Origin: a virus
Strand: one strand, 5' to 3'
Virus record (IMG/VR): IMGVR_UViG_3300045988_108496
Location: 21,921 to 85,920 of that record
Length of the DNA: 64,000 bases
The notes beneath the pieces are model-generated. The model was not told where the DNA came from, searched no databases, and worked only from the letters and a program-made list of their open reading frames with translations. Position 1 is the first letter of the stretch. Each line of letters starts with the position of its first letter. The position numbers were made by a program, and so were the translations under genes. Below, in pieces: positions 23,222-32,342 of the stretch.

Positions 23222-26200
23222 ATGTTCTTTCATCCTATCATAAATCGTCTTGCCAACATCGACCTGCACCTTCTCGTGAAGCCCGCCAACGAGCAGCGCA
23301 TCGAAGGTCAGACCGCATGTTTCTGCCCTATCTGCCAAAAGGGGCAGGACGCGGATGTCGATGCCAAGCAGACACCCCACTTCATTATTTATGAAAATGA
23401 GCGAGGTGGGCTTTATTCGGGCGTGGGTGTTGACGACAACCGAATGGCAGAGCATGGTGCCGTGAAGTGGAAATGCACCCGCACGGGTAAGACCGGCTAC
23501 GGAGCCATCGAGTTGTACGCAGCCAAGATGAACCTTCCGCTGCACGGATATAGTCTTCAGCGCATCTGCCAAAGACTTGTAAGGGATGTGTATGGCGATA
23601 CCGACGAGGTGCGGCGTGCCTTCCCAGAGGTGTTTGCCAAGATGGACTACCGTACTCAGGCACAGCAGACCATCGAGACATTCTCTTTCATGCCGAAGAC
23701 CGACTTCTCGCCACAAGAGCTTGCAGCCCTTGGGTGTGAGGTGACGCTCGACAAAGGATTGCCTCGCTTCGGCTTTGGCAGTACGTTTACGCCCGACATG
23801 CTCAACAAGGACTTCCGCATCTACTCTCTGTTGAGTGTCACGCTGCCCGACGTAATACGCGACGGTCAGCATGTGAGCGAGATTATCCACGGTACGCCGT
23901 GGAATCCGCTGTTCGTATGCTTCGCCTCACAGGAGATAGGTCCGCAGAACTCTTACGGATGTTTCTTCCGTCCAGCAATGGCTGGGAGCGAACCGATAGT
24001 GTTCTCTACCGCCGAGGAGCACAGCGTGAGGAAGGTGAGCAAGTGGCTCATGGGCGACAACGTGTTCGTCTATGCAATGGATCAGCGCAAGAGCGACAAC
24101 ACCGCCGTACATGCAGCCATCCAGAAGTTCGAGCCGACGGAGAAGTTTACCGAAGAAAAAGAAATCTGGGTAGAACGTGAAGACAAGAATGGCGTGGGGA
24201 AAGGAACATTTAAGCAAGAGAAGAAGAAGATTCCTACCGCCGAGATAAAAGCTCGCAACATCGTCTTTTGTCGTACACCCGAAGACGCATTGAGTGTGTA
24301 TTATGCCATGCGTTCCTTGCGCCTTGATAAGGCGGAAGACCAACACTTCCAAGACTTTTGTTGGTATCACGTGGCGTTCTCCATCGGACGGAGAAACTTC
24401 TGGTATATAGAGCGCGGCGAGTGGAAGCGGGAGAATATTGACTTTAGCGGTGTGCAATATCAGAAGATGAACCGCTTTGCCGAGCACGTCATTATTCTAT
24501 ACCCTAACGACATTGCCTCACAGCGCGACTGCGGAGCTATATGCACCAAGTTCAGCTCATTGTATTATGCAATGCTGCCAGAAGGTTTCCGATCGCGCTA
24601 TTGCCGACGCTGGCAATGGCTATATGGCTGCTCTCCCCGAAGCGTGCGCGATTATCTGCTGACGTACACCATGAACGCGGAGGAGAACTTCCAGTTCGAC
24701 CATGACCTTCGCCTTCCGCTCTATTCCCGATTGCGTGGAGCCAGGAACACGGAACCTTTCGAGATAGAATATCCGCGTGACCCTCGAAGCGGAAAGCCAA
24801 AGCCACCTACCTGCAAGGTGTCGCCTACGCGATTGTGGCTCTTTATGACCGCTCACGGATATTATCGCATGATAGACCCCGAGAGCACCGACCTCGTAGG
24901 ACAGTATATCCACCTGAATAAATGCTTTGTGGAATATATCGACGCAAAGAGTATTATCCAGGCAGCAAAGACAATGCTTTTGGAATATATAGAACAGACA
25001 TGGCGGCATAGCGACAACGAGCGGCGTTTGATGTCCGACTGTGCCAATATGGTGGATAAGACCTTCACGGAGAAGTCTGCCGGAGGTTTGCAGAGTATGG
25101 TGATTAATTTTGCCGATGCCTTCGATGCAAAGACGGAGTACTTCTACTTCAACAATGTGGCACTGAAGATAACGCCCGACAGCATCCGCACGGTGTCGTA
25201 TGACGACATCAACTTCTTTATCCCCTCGCTTGCCAAGAAGCCGTATGACTTCACGATGCGGGTGTTCAAGACACCGTTCACCATCACCGAGCGTCAGGAA
25301 TACCGCGATCGACTTGAAGCGATAGACAAGAAGGAGAAAATGCAGAATGAGGACGGGTCGCCAGTGTTCACCTACGACGAGATAAAGCAGATGCGTGGCG
25401 ACCTTATGGAATGGGCGCAGACATATCGTTGGGATGTCAACTGGCAAGGACAGCAAGAAAAAGACCTTTGGCCTATTCTGCGCATAGTGCGCGGCTTCTC
25501 AAACACCCTTTGGGAGCGAGAACGAGACGTACAGCGTAGTAAAGAAGAACTTACTGAGGACGAGCGAGCTGTAATGAACGCCCATTTTGCCAATATGCTT
25601 TCGGGCATAGGCAGGCTTTGTTATCGTTCATGGGAAGGGATGCAGAACGTCTGTCCTTATCTTCTTGAGGATAATATCGCCGACGAGAAGCAAGCCTCTG
25701 GTGGTAGCGGTAAGTCGGTATTGGTAAACCTCGTGGTTGGTTCGGCTGTCAATGTGTTCAGTGTGGATATGAAAGACTTCCTTACCATTGTCGATGCAAA
25801 GTTCTGTCTTTCCGACTTGCTCACATATCCTGGCAAATATCGTGTAGTACACTGGGAGGACAAGCAGAAGAGCTTTCCGCTCAAATACTTCTACAACAAG
25901 ATAACCAAAGGTACGAAGGTTGAAAAGAAATTTGGCGACCCCGTCAGTCTGAAGATGGAAGACTCACCGATGCACGTCATAACAAGCAACAGTCCGTTGA
26001 GCGACGACGACCCCTCTACTATAGGTCGTTTTCCACTGGTTAGTTTCTCCGACCGTTTTGCTCGCGAGAATCCTCAAAAGCGACAGCCGGCACGATCACC
26101 ATCCGACATTATGAAGCGTTTTGATACCGACCCCGCCAAATTGACCGATACCGACCGCAATCAGACCATATACCTTTGCGCCTTGGCAGTGCAGTTCTTG

Positions 26201-26890
26201 ATGCACTACCACACCTTTGCCATTGCACCGCAAGGCAATGTGCGTCGCCGCCAGATGGTGCAGAAGCTCACCGAGAGCATTGTCCGCTACTTCGAGTGGT
26301 TCTTCTCTCGCAATGAGGTCTACGGTGTGCCGATATGTACGGACGATATGTTCAACGAGTTTATGCGCGATTGGGCTGATGCTTCCGAGGGTAAGAGCAA
26401 GGAGTATAGCCGTGCTACCTTCAAGAAGAAGATATACGACTATTGCGAAAACATGTCGATAGCGTGCAATCCTAAGCATCTCTTCGAGAACGAGAGTGAC
26501 AAGCAGCGCAAATGCTTTAAGCTCCAGGCATGGGTTACGCAGGAATACTTTACCGGTCGTGAGTGGGAGAATGACAATACCATCGAGCCGAAGTTTATCC
26601 GCTATATGCAGACCTCCAAGCATGTGTTCTTCTTCTTCCGTCCTGGCAAGGATGCGATACCGAAGGACTACCGCGAGCTAAAGCGCATAGCAAAGCAATA
26701 TGCCGAGCAGCCCGACCCGCTGCCATACCGCGACGATGACGGCAATATCGTTCAACTCACTGATGAAGAGAAGGAACGTTGGGAGAACAACAAGACACGC
26801 AAGCAGGGTAGGCGTATGACTCCATCTGTGGCAGCTACGACAGCTACGGCTGTTGTGCCGGATGTAAATGAGGAGAATATGCCGTTCTGA
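23222..26890 (+). CDS. replicative primase-helicase-like protein (N-terminal Zn-ribbon, C-terminal SF3/D5-type P-loop NTPase)
   Basis: 1222 aa. CFCPICQKG Zn-ribbon element. Walker A QASGGSGKSVLVNL with a downstream VVHWEDK acidic box. C-terminus ...NEENMPF. Confidence 0.75.
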   Translation: MFFHPIINRLANIDLHLLVKPANEQRIEGQTACFCPICQKGQDADVDAKQTPHFIIYENERGGLYSGVGVDDNRMAEHGAVKWKCTRTGKTGYGAIELYAAKMNLPLHGYSLQRICQRLVRDVYGDTDEVRRAFPEVFAKMDYRTQAQQTIETFSFMPKTDFSPQELAALGCEVTLDKGLPRFGFGSTFTPDMLNKDFRIYSLLSVTLPDVIRDGQHVSEIIHGTPWNPLFVCFASQEIGPQNSYGCFFRPAMAGSEPIVFSTAEEHSVRKVSKWLMGDNVFVYAMDQRKSDNTAVHAAIQKFEPTEKFTEEKEIWVEREDKNGVGKGTFKQEKKKIPTAEIKARNIVFCRTPEDALSVYYAMRSLRLDKAEDQHFQDFCWYHVAFSIGRRNFWYIERGEWKRENIDFSGVQYQKMNRFAEHVIILYPNDIASQRDCGAICTKFSSLYYAMLPEGFRSRYCRRWQWLYGCSPRSVRDYLLTYTMNAEENFQFDHDLRLPLYSRLRGARNTEPFEIEYPRDPRSGKPKPPTCKVSPTRLWLFMTAHGYYRMIDPESTDLVGQYIHLNKCFVEYIDAKSIIQAAKTMLLEYIEQTWRHSDNERRLMSDCANMVDKTFTEKSAGGLQSMVINFADAFDAKTEYFYFNNVALKITPDSIRTVSYDDINFFIPSLAKKPYDFTMRVFKTPFTITERQEYRDRLEAIDKKEKMQNEDGSPVFTYDEIKQMRGDLMEWAQTYRWDVNWQGQQEKDLWPILRIVRGFSNTLWERERDVQRSKEELTEDERAVMNAHFANMLSGIGRLCYRSWEGMQNVCPYLLEDNIADEKQASGGSGKSVLVNLVVGSAVNVFSVDMKDFLTIVDAKFCLSDLLTYPGKYRVVHWEDKQKSFPLKYFYNKITKGTKVEKKFGDPVSLKMEDSPMHVITSNSPLSDDDPSTIGRFPLVSFSDRFARENPQKRQPARSPSDIMKRFDTDPAKLTDTDRNQTIYLCALAVQFLMHYHTFAIAPQGNVRRRQMVQKLTESIVRYFEWFFSRNEVYGVPICTDDMFNEFMRDWADASEGKSKEYSRATFKKKIYDYCENMSIACNPKHLFENESDKQRKCFKLQAWVTQEYFTGREWENDNTIEPKFIRYMQTSKHVFFFFRPGKDAIPKDYRELKRIAKQYAEQPDPLPYRDDDGNIVQLTDEEKERWENNKTRKQGRRMTPSVAATTATAVVPDVNEENMPF

Positions 26891-26986
26891 TGAATCCACT
26901 GAAAAGATTTTTGGGTTCTTGGTAGTAAAACCTATAGGTTCTTATATAGAGAATATAGATGTAGAATTTTAAACAAAATATAGAGT

Positions 26987-27415
26987 ATGAAATTATACCG
27001 TTACATGTCTTCTTTTGAGATAGCTAAGTTGTTTCATCGAGAGATATTGAAAAATACTACTGACCACAGCAAACTTCGTGGTACAGCAAGTACGGCAAAA
27101 GGATTCTGTTTTGGAATTGGTGACATGGAACAGGCTAAAAAGGATCTTAGACGACTGAAGGGAATCGTCACTTCTGATGCCCTGTTTGTGTTCACACCTA
27201 AAAACATTGATAAGTTTACACAATGTAAAGGTCGCTATATAGATTATGATAAGATTGATGCTGAAGGGAAATCTATCACAGACTATCCCATAGGAAAAGA
27301 ACCCCACAAGTACTTCGATGAATATTGCGCCGAGAGTTATTCTGTTGACGACATTGAAAAAATAGAGTGTTTTGAAGTGGTACGCCGTTCTTTTCCTAAA
27401 GCAAAATTCAAATAA
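26987..27415 (+). CDS. hypothetical protein (AT-rich gene)
   Basis: 142-aa ORF. Leader AAATATAGAGTATG is shared with rtcB. Confidence 0.6.
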   Translation: MKLYRYMSSFEIAKLFHREILKNTTDHSKLRGTASTAKGFCFGIGDMEQAKKDLRRLKGIVTSDALFVFTPKNIDKFTQCKGRYIDYDKIDAEGKSITDYPIGKEPHKYFDEYCAESYSVDDIEKIECFEVVRRSFPKAKFK

Positions 27416-27426
27416 AATAATACGCT

Positions 27427-27660
27427 ATGCGAACATTCACCCCCCCCAAGTGCGAAAACTGCATCTCTTACGACCATATAAAATGCGGTTGCAGAGAAAA
27501 AAGCTCACCTCTGTTCGGCGGCAATATCAGTCCGTTTCACCTTGCTTGCTGCAACTTTATAAGCGTGTCAAAGGTATATGCACCAAAGAACCGCATAAAG
27601 AAGTGGTATAAGGTACGCACGATGGACGACATGAGCGACAGCAGAGCGAGACTATATTAA
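27427..27660 (+). CDS. small Cys-rich protein with C8 tract at codons 5-7
   Basis: MRTFTPPKCENCISYDHIKCGC... The homopolymer C8 at 27440-27447 lies 13 nt after the ATG. Confidence 0.45.
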   Translation: MRTFTPPKCENCISYDHIKCGCREKSSPLFGGNISPFHLACCNFISVSKVYAPKNRIKKWYKVRTMDDMSDSRARLY

Positions 27661-27698
27661 ACAGAAAACAGTAAACAAATAAAAACAACAAAAACAAA

Positions 27699-28304
27699 AT
27701 GGCAAGTTACAACGGCAACATCGACCTGCTCTCCTTAAATGGAGCGCAGGTGTTCAAGGGTATCGACTCGAAAAACCCTGAGCGTGTATATGTCTGCATT
27801 CCGGCAGGCTTGAACGAAATTAAAGTGGAGCAGGCTCCTAAAGACCCTACTCGCACATTGGCTAAGTTGCGTGTAAACATCTGGCCACTCAACGAGCAGT
27901 ACAAGGCTAAGGTGCGCCAGGCTGCTTTGGAGCGTGGCGACAGCAACGTGACCGTACCGACACACGAAATGCAGATGTCGTTTTCGGTTGACTATATCAA
28001 GGACATTGTACGGAAGTTTCCGAAGCTCGTAGAGCAAGTGAAGGAAGCCAACAAAGAACGCGACCCCGAGATTGTAAACCAAGACCCCACCGACGAGAAT
28101 ACTCACCTCTTCAAGGCTATCCGCCAGCGAATGAATAAGCGACTGGCTATGCTCTACCAGCCACAGACAACACAGCAACCTTCACCATACGCCACACCGA
28201 ATGTAGGCGTAGCAGGAGCAGCTACCGGATATGTGGCGCCAGCCGAGAATACTGACCCACTCGCAGGCTATACCGATGCCGACGTAGGCGATCTGCCGTT
28301 CTAA
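27699..28304 (+). CDS. SSB-like protein (non-canonical N-domain, Q/P/G-rich linker, acidic DLPF tip)
   Basis: The C-terminal QPQTTQQPSPYATPNVGVAGAATGY...DADVGDLPF mimics the bacterial SSB disordered linker and DDDIPF tip. It sits between the primase-helicase and the clamp. Confidence 0.55.
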   Translation: MASYNGNIDLLSLNGAQVFKGIDSKNPERVYVCIPAGLNEIKVEQAPKDPTRTLAKLRVNIWPLNEQYKAKVRQAALERGDSNVTVPTHEMQMSFSVDYIKDIVRKFPKLVEQVKEANKERDPEIVNQDPTDENTHLFKAIRQRMNKRLAMLYQPQTTQQPSPYATPNVGVAGAATGYVAPAENTDPLAGYTDADVGDLPF

Positions 28305-28357
28305 TTCAAAATGCGCAACGCGCATAATTCAAAACTCAAATTTCAAAATTCAAAACT
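28303..28357 (+). repeat. AATTCAAAA-ATGCGC-N3-GCGCAT-AATTCAAAACTCAAA element, copy A (dnaN leader)
   Basis: Near-identical to 32298-32338. Contains a short palindrome flanked by TTCAAAA repeats. Confidence 0.75.
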
Positions 28358-28358
28358 T

Positions 28359-29549
28359 ATGAAGTTACAAGCCCTATCATCCAAAGCCCTGCACGCTGCC
28401 CTTAACAAGTCGGCAAAGTGTATCGGCTCTAAAAATCCCATTGCCATTTTCGACAATGTGCTGCTGACCTGCAACGAAAGCGGTCTGTTCTTTCTTACGT
28501 CATCTACAGCAGAAGCACAGCTCACCATCCCGGCGCCCATTTCGTTGTGCGGTGGCAAGTTTGATAAGCCGATAGTGCTACCTATAAAGATGCTCAGTTC
28601 GCTGTTAGGCACACTGCCCGACTGCGTTGTCACTCTTGATATAGAGGAGGGTGGATCGTCGTTCACTGTAGAGTATTGCACCGGCAGTGGCGACAACGTT
28701 AAGTCGGGCAAGGCTAAAATGGCTTATTTCTCGGGCAACGAATACCCTCAGATGCTATTGCCCAAGAGTGAGGCTTCAACAATTATTTGCCTGCCTTTTC
28801 AGTTGTTCCATTCTGTTATAGATACTGCTGATAAGTTTGTTCAGATAGACGAACTTCGCCCCCAGCTTTCCAGCTTGTGTGTAGACATTGCCGACGACCG
28901 CTCAGAGGTGGTCTTTGCGGCTACGAACGGACATACGCTTGCAAAGATAGTACACAGCAATGATCCGCAGAAGGGTGGCAGTGATTTCTTCCGTAGTGGC
29001 GAGCCTCGCAAGACGCTTATCCACCGCAATTACTTCCGCACGTTGTCAGCCTTTGACGGATGCGAGGAGATCAGCATCGAGAACGACGGAAACACCATCC
29101 GTTTTTCGTCGGGCGACATCGAACTTATTTGCAAGCACATGGAGGGCAAATACCCTAACTACAGCGGCGTAATTCCGAAGTCCAACCCCTACTTCGTCGT
29201 ATTTGACAAGAAGGAAATGACTGACATCCTGCGCCGTGTCAGTCTGTTCTCAAGTAGCGCAAGCAATCTTGTAAAGGTAGAGAAGAACGGCATTTTCATC
29301 AACGTTTCTGCGAGTAACATGGATTTTGCTTTGTCCGGCGAAGACCAGGTGCTCATATCTAACGCAGAGTGCCCCGACAATTTCCGCATCGGATTGAAGT
29401 CGTCGGCTTTTCAGACCTGTATCAACTCCATTCCGTCGGACACCATACGAATGCAGTTGCTTGACGCTTCGCACGCCGTAGTGCTCACCGCTGACACACC
29501 TGCGCCTAAAGTGATGACGCTTGTGATGCCGATGCTGCTTGACGATTAA
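28359..29549 (+). CDS. dnaN: DNA polymerase III beta sliding clamp
   Basis: About 397 aa. The N-terminus MKLQALSSKALHAALNKSAKCIGSKNPIAIFDNVLLTCNESGLFFLTSSTAEAQL matches the DnaN pattern. ATG 28359 is used, because the track start at 28311 lies in a repeat leader. Confidence 0.85.
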   Translation: MKLQALSSKALHAALNKSAKCIGSKNPIAIFDNVLLTCNESGLFFLTSSTAEAQLTIPAPISLCGGKFDKPIVLPIKMLSSLLGTLPDCVVTLDIEEGGSSFTVEYCTGSGDNVKSGKAKMAYFSGNEYPQMLLPKSEASTIICLPFQLFHSVIDTADKFVQIDELRPQLSSLCVDIADDRSEVVFAATNGHTLAKIVHSNDPQKGGSDFFRSGEPRKTLIHRNYFRTLSAFDGCEEISIENDGNTIRFSSGDIELICKHMEGKYPNYSGVIPKSNPYFVVFDKKEMTDILRRVSLFSSSASNLVKVEKNGIFINVSASNMDFALSGEDQVLISNAECPDNFRIGLKSSAFQTCINSIPSDTIRMQLLDASHAVVLTADTPAPKVMTLVMPMLLDD

Positions 29550-29581
29550 TTGATAATTCATAACTAATAATTAATAATCAA

Positions 29582-30217
29582 ATGGACGATACTCTCCTCT
29601 TTATTCCGCCTTGCTGCGTAGACAATAAGCTGCCCAAGGCGGTCAACCAGGCACCTCACCGTCAGCTCACGTTTTACACACATGGCGACGTAACGGTGGA
29701 GAAATTCTATAAGGCAGTGAGCCACCTCGTGATAGACTCTCACGTAATGGTGCTCACCATGCCTTTGCCTAAGCAAGAGACATTTATGTTTCTTGAGCAA
29801 TGCTTTGAGCGAGGATGGACAACCCACCTCGTGCTATCCACCTACCGCTCATGCGACTCGCTCATAGCAAAACACCTTGGCGATTACGCCGACCGCATCA
29901 TCTATGCGCAAAGCGACGACGTGAGCGACCTAAGCAGCCACATGGTGCTCTACAACAAAGACAGGGCATTGACACTAAGCGGACCGATGTTCGACCGTCC
30001 GCAAATAGATGTACGACTGGCTGCATACACAATAGTATTCCATCCCTCCCACCTGCTAAACTCTACAGCCGACTGGGGCAATTCGCTCCGTAATATTCTC
30101 TTCCCCGACGTACTGCGTCAGCGCAAGAAGATGTTTGCCGGAGGTGTAAAATTGATAAAGGATAAGGAAATCGACAGGTTCATACACTTGGAATTTCCAC
30201 CATTCAAAGAAGAATAA
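29582..30217 (+). CDS. hypothetical protein
   Basis: 211-aa ORF in the same operon. Confidence 0.6.
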   Translation: MDDTLLFIPPCCVDNKLPKAVNQAPHRQLTFYTHGDVTVEKFYKAVSHLVIDSHVMVLTMPLPKQETFMFLEQCFERGWTTHLVLSTYRSCDSLIAKHLGDYADRIIYAQSDDVSDLSSHMVLYNKDRALTLSGPMFDRPQIDVRLAAYTIVFHPSHLLNSTADWGNSLRNILFPDVLRQRKKMFAGGVKLIKDKEIDRFIHLEFPPFKEE

Positions 30218-30219
30218 AT

Positions 30220-30531
30220 ATGAGACCACTTACACAGTCATTCACCGAGCTGCGCCGCTATATGGAAAAGTGGCAATGGAACGACCCACGCACGGGACAG
30301 CGCGTCACAGGCTTCAATCCACCGCAGACAGCACGCAACGTGGCACGTATGCCGTTCTACATACGTTTCCTCACCAAGACGGGACATGTAGACACCGGCA
30401 CCTGCGTCTGCCTCTCGGTTGACACCATACGCCACCAGCGCAAGGTGCAGTTTGTGGAGAGTGGCGAGATAAGGGTTGTGAACGACATACTCGTGCTCGA
30501 AGTAGATGGCACGAGATTTATAACGCATTAA
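30220..30531 (+). CDS. hypothetical protein
   Basis: Starts 3 nt after the upstream stop. Hairpins at 30593-30621 and 30661-30688 follow. Confidence 0.55.
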   Translation: MRPLTQSFTELRRYMEKWQWNDPRTGQRVTGFNPPQTARNVARMPFYIRFLTKTGHVDTGTCVCLSVDTIRHQRKVQFVESGEIRVVNDILVLEVDGTRFITH

Positions 30532-30592
30532 AACGATTTGTTTACATGGAGTTTAAGTCATTTTTTATGGTAGATTAATATTGTTTTTAAAG

Positions 30593-30621
30593 CACTACTC
30601 TGGTTCGTGAGAATAGGAGTG
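30593..30621 (+). other. GNRA-capped hairpin (family copy 6, diverged)
   Basis: CACTACT-CTGG-TTC-GTGA-GAA-T-AGGAGTG, with one stem mismatch. Confidence 0.45.
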
Positions 30622-30660
30622 GATTTCTAAAACGTTTTTATTTTTGATGGAATTTAGTTT

Positions 30661-30693
30661 ACTTTCTCGCTCGTGAGAGTGGGGAAGTTTTTA
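30661..30693 (+). terminator. intrinsic terminator with GNRA-capped apex (family copy 7, diverged)
   Basis: ACTTTC-TCG-CTC-GTGA-GAG-TGG-GGAAGT followed by T5. Confidence 0.55.
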
Positions 30694-30757
30694 GAGTTTT
30701 TTTATTTGCTCCGTGTGCGCAGTCTATAATATAAACAACTTTTAAAAAATCAAAAAT

Positions 30758-31312
30758 ATGAATTTGTTCAAGTCAAAGAAAAAGCAGTCGCTAAAAGAAC
30801 TGCGTGACCTTACCGCCGTTTGTTCAATTCTCGACGAGTTTGAGCGTAGGGGCATTATCTTCTGGCGTCGCAGGGACAATCTTCTCCTTATCGAGGAAGT
30901 CCTCGCTGTGTTAAAGTTGGCTGAGGGACGTGCCGGCTTCCACAAGTTCCTCAATCAGGTTGCCATGTGGCAGAGTAATAAACTTATTAACGAGGCCTAC
31001 GAAGCATATCGTATAGAGGTAGAAACGGACGCCGTGCGTAAGGCACAACTCAAGTTCGCAAATCTCACCAAAGCCGACATTATGCGCATCCGGCAAGAAG
31101 CAAGAGAAAACATGCCGATGCTGCCTATGGAGCAGCTTGACTGCATCAAGGAGTTCGACATATTCGTTGTCCGAGCTAATGCTCCTTCGGCGCAGAATGC
31201 TACAGAAGAGAGCGGTCAACTCCTTGCTCTTGGCCATTACGACGGAGAGAAGGTAGAGATGGCAATGTACGATGACGTGAAACACAACCTTGTAAATAGC
31301 GACAATGATTAA
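30758..31312 (+). CDS. hypothetical protein
   Basis: 184-aa ORF with an A-rich leader. Confidence 0.6.
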   Translation: MNLFKSKKKQSLKELRDLTAVCSILDEFERRGIIFWRRRDNLLLIEEVLAVLKLAEGRAGFHKFLNQVAMWQSNKLINEAYEAYRIEVETDAVRKAQLKFANLTKADIMRIRQEARENMPMLPMEQLDCIKEFDIFVVRANAPSAQNATEESGQLLALGHYDGEKVEMAMYDDVKHNLVNSDND

Positions 31313-31859
31313 AGTGTCTTTCAACCATCACGATTTTCTGTTCGCCATCGAAGGATTTGTTCGTGGCTCGCATCTACGTCAGCACGTATGGCGCAATATC
31401 GTCTATAAGGCAATTCCTCAGATGTCTGCTGACGATATGGACTTTTTGTGGTTTTTCCTTCGTCGAGATACGTTCGGTGTCTATTTCTGTCAGAATAGCC
31501 CCCACTTCGGCTACTATGATTTCATGCACGTGCTCGCTGCTCTGCATCGGGGCAATCGCTATAAAGTGTTGTTCAGGTCCGAGGATGGTACCAAAACGTT
31601 CAGGGCGTTCTGCTATCGCCTCCACGGCAAGTATAGACCGCTGCATCTTTATTATTTCGATGAAAGTATGCGGAGGTGGAAACTTCAACATGCAATAGAA
31701 GCGTTTGATGCTTTTATTCCCGACGATCAGATAAAGATAGCAGTAAGAAGGCGAGGGGTGCGCAACGAGTACGTACAAGAAGACAAGGAAGAGTGGTGGA
31801 ACGATCTTGACATATACGACGACTTTTGCGAGCGTTTTAACTTAATAAGTCAAAATTAA
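31305..31859 (+). CDS. hypothetical protein
   Basis: 8-nt overlap with the upstream gene. Confidence 0.6.
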   Translation: MIKVSFNHHDFLFAIEGFVRGSHLRQHVWRNIVYKAIPQMSADDMDFLWFFLRRDTFGVYFCQNSPHFGYYDFMHVLAALHRGNRYKVLFRSEDGTKTFRAFCYRLHGKYRPLHLYYFDESMRRWKLQHAIEAFDAFIPDDQIKIAVRRRGVRNEYVQEDKEEWWNDLDIYDDFCERFNLISQN

Positions 31860-31877
31860 AAAGCTAAATGTATAGAT

Positions 31878-32198
31878 ATGGACCCTAAGCTAAAGAAATT
31901 TATAAAGCAGTACAAGGATAGTTGTAATAAGTTGGCAGAACTCGTCAATATGCAACTGTTTTCCGGTTGCCGCAAGTGGTATTGGATAGGAGAGGAAGTA
32001 GGTGGGGCGTGCGACTTTGAGGAAGCCGACGTACTAAATCCGGAAGACATGCTTCGCATCATCGAGAATGGTCTGACCTATGACGAATATGCCGAGTGGC
32101 GAGACGCTAACCTCGATAACAATCGTTACATCAATCTCAAGTCGTGGCTCATGGGGCTACGGCATGATATGTTGAATGAAGAAAAAGGAACAATTTAA
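31878..32198 (+). CDS. hypothetical protein
   Basis: 106-aa ORF. A terminator at 32230-32260 follows. Confidence 0.6.
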   Translation: MDPKLKKFIKQYKDSCNKLAELVNMQLFSGCRKWYWIGEEVGGACDFEEADVLNPEDMLRIIENGLTYDEYAEWRDANLDNNRYINLKSWLMGLRHDMLNEEKGTI

Positions 32199-32229
32199 TA
32201 TTAGCACTTTTTTTTATCAATTTGTTTGG

Positions 32230-32260
32230 AAGGGCAGCCGTTGTGATAACGTCTGCCTTT
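32230..32260 (+). terminator. hairpin between convergent operons
   Basis: AAGGGCAG-(15 nt)-CTGCCTTT followed by a T-rich tail. Sits between gene 31878-32198 and terL. Confidence 0.5.
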
Positions 32261-32297
32261 CGCCTTTCTTTATATACCCGAAAACTCAAAATTGAAT

Positions 32298-32338
32298 AAT
32301 CCAAAATGCGTGTAGCGCACAATTCAAAACTCAAAACT
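32298..32338 (+). repeat. same element, copy B (3' of terL)
   Basis: AATCCAAAATGCGTGTAGCGCACAATTCAAAACTCAAAACT. Confidence 0.75.
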
Positions 32339-32342
32339 CCCA

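Noticed and set aside
23204-25456. Antisense ORFs of 228, 186 and 278 aa inside the primase-helicase gene
   Set aside because: The sense 1222-aa frame has Zn-ribbon and Walker motifs and is uninterrupted. These are shadow ORFs.
26987-27415. ADP-ribosyltransferase (R-S-E pattern: YRY..., GTASTAKG, DEYCAE)
   Set aside because: The Arg sits at residue 5, the STS-like and ExE-like elements are imperfect, and the spacing does not fit known ART folds. The evidence is too weak to call.
28311-28358. N-terminal extension of the clamp (MRNAHNSKLKFQNSKL)
   Set aside because: The extension is the translation of the TTCAAAA repeat leader. The DnaN-type N-terminus begins at ATG 28359.
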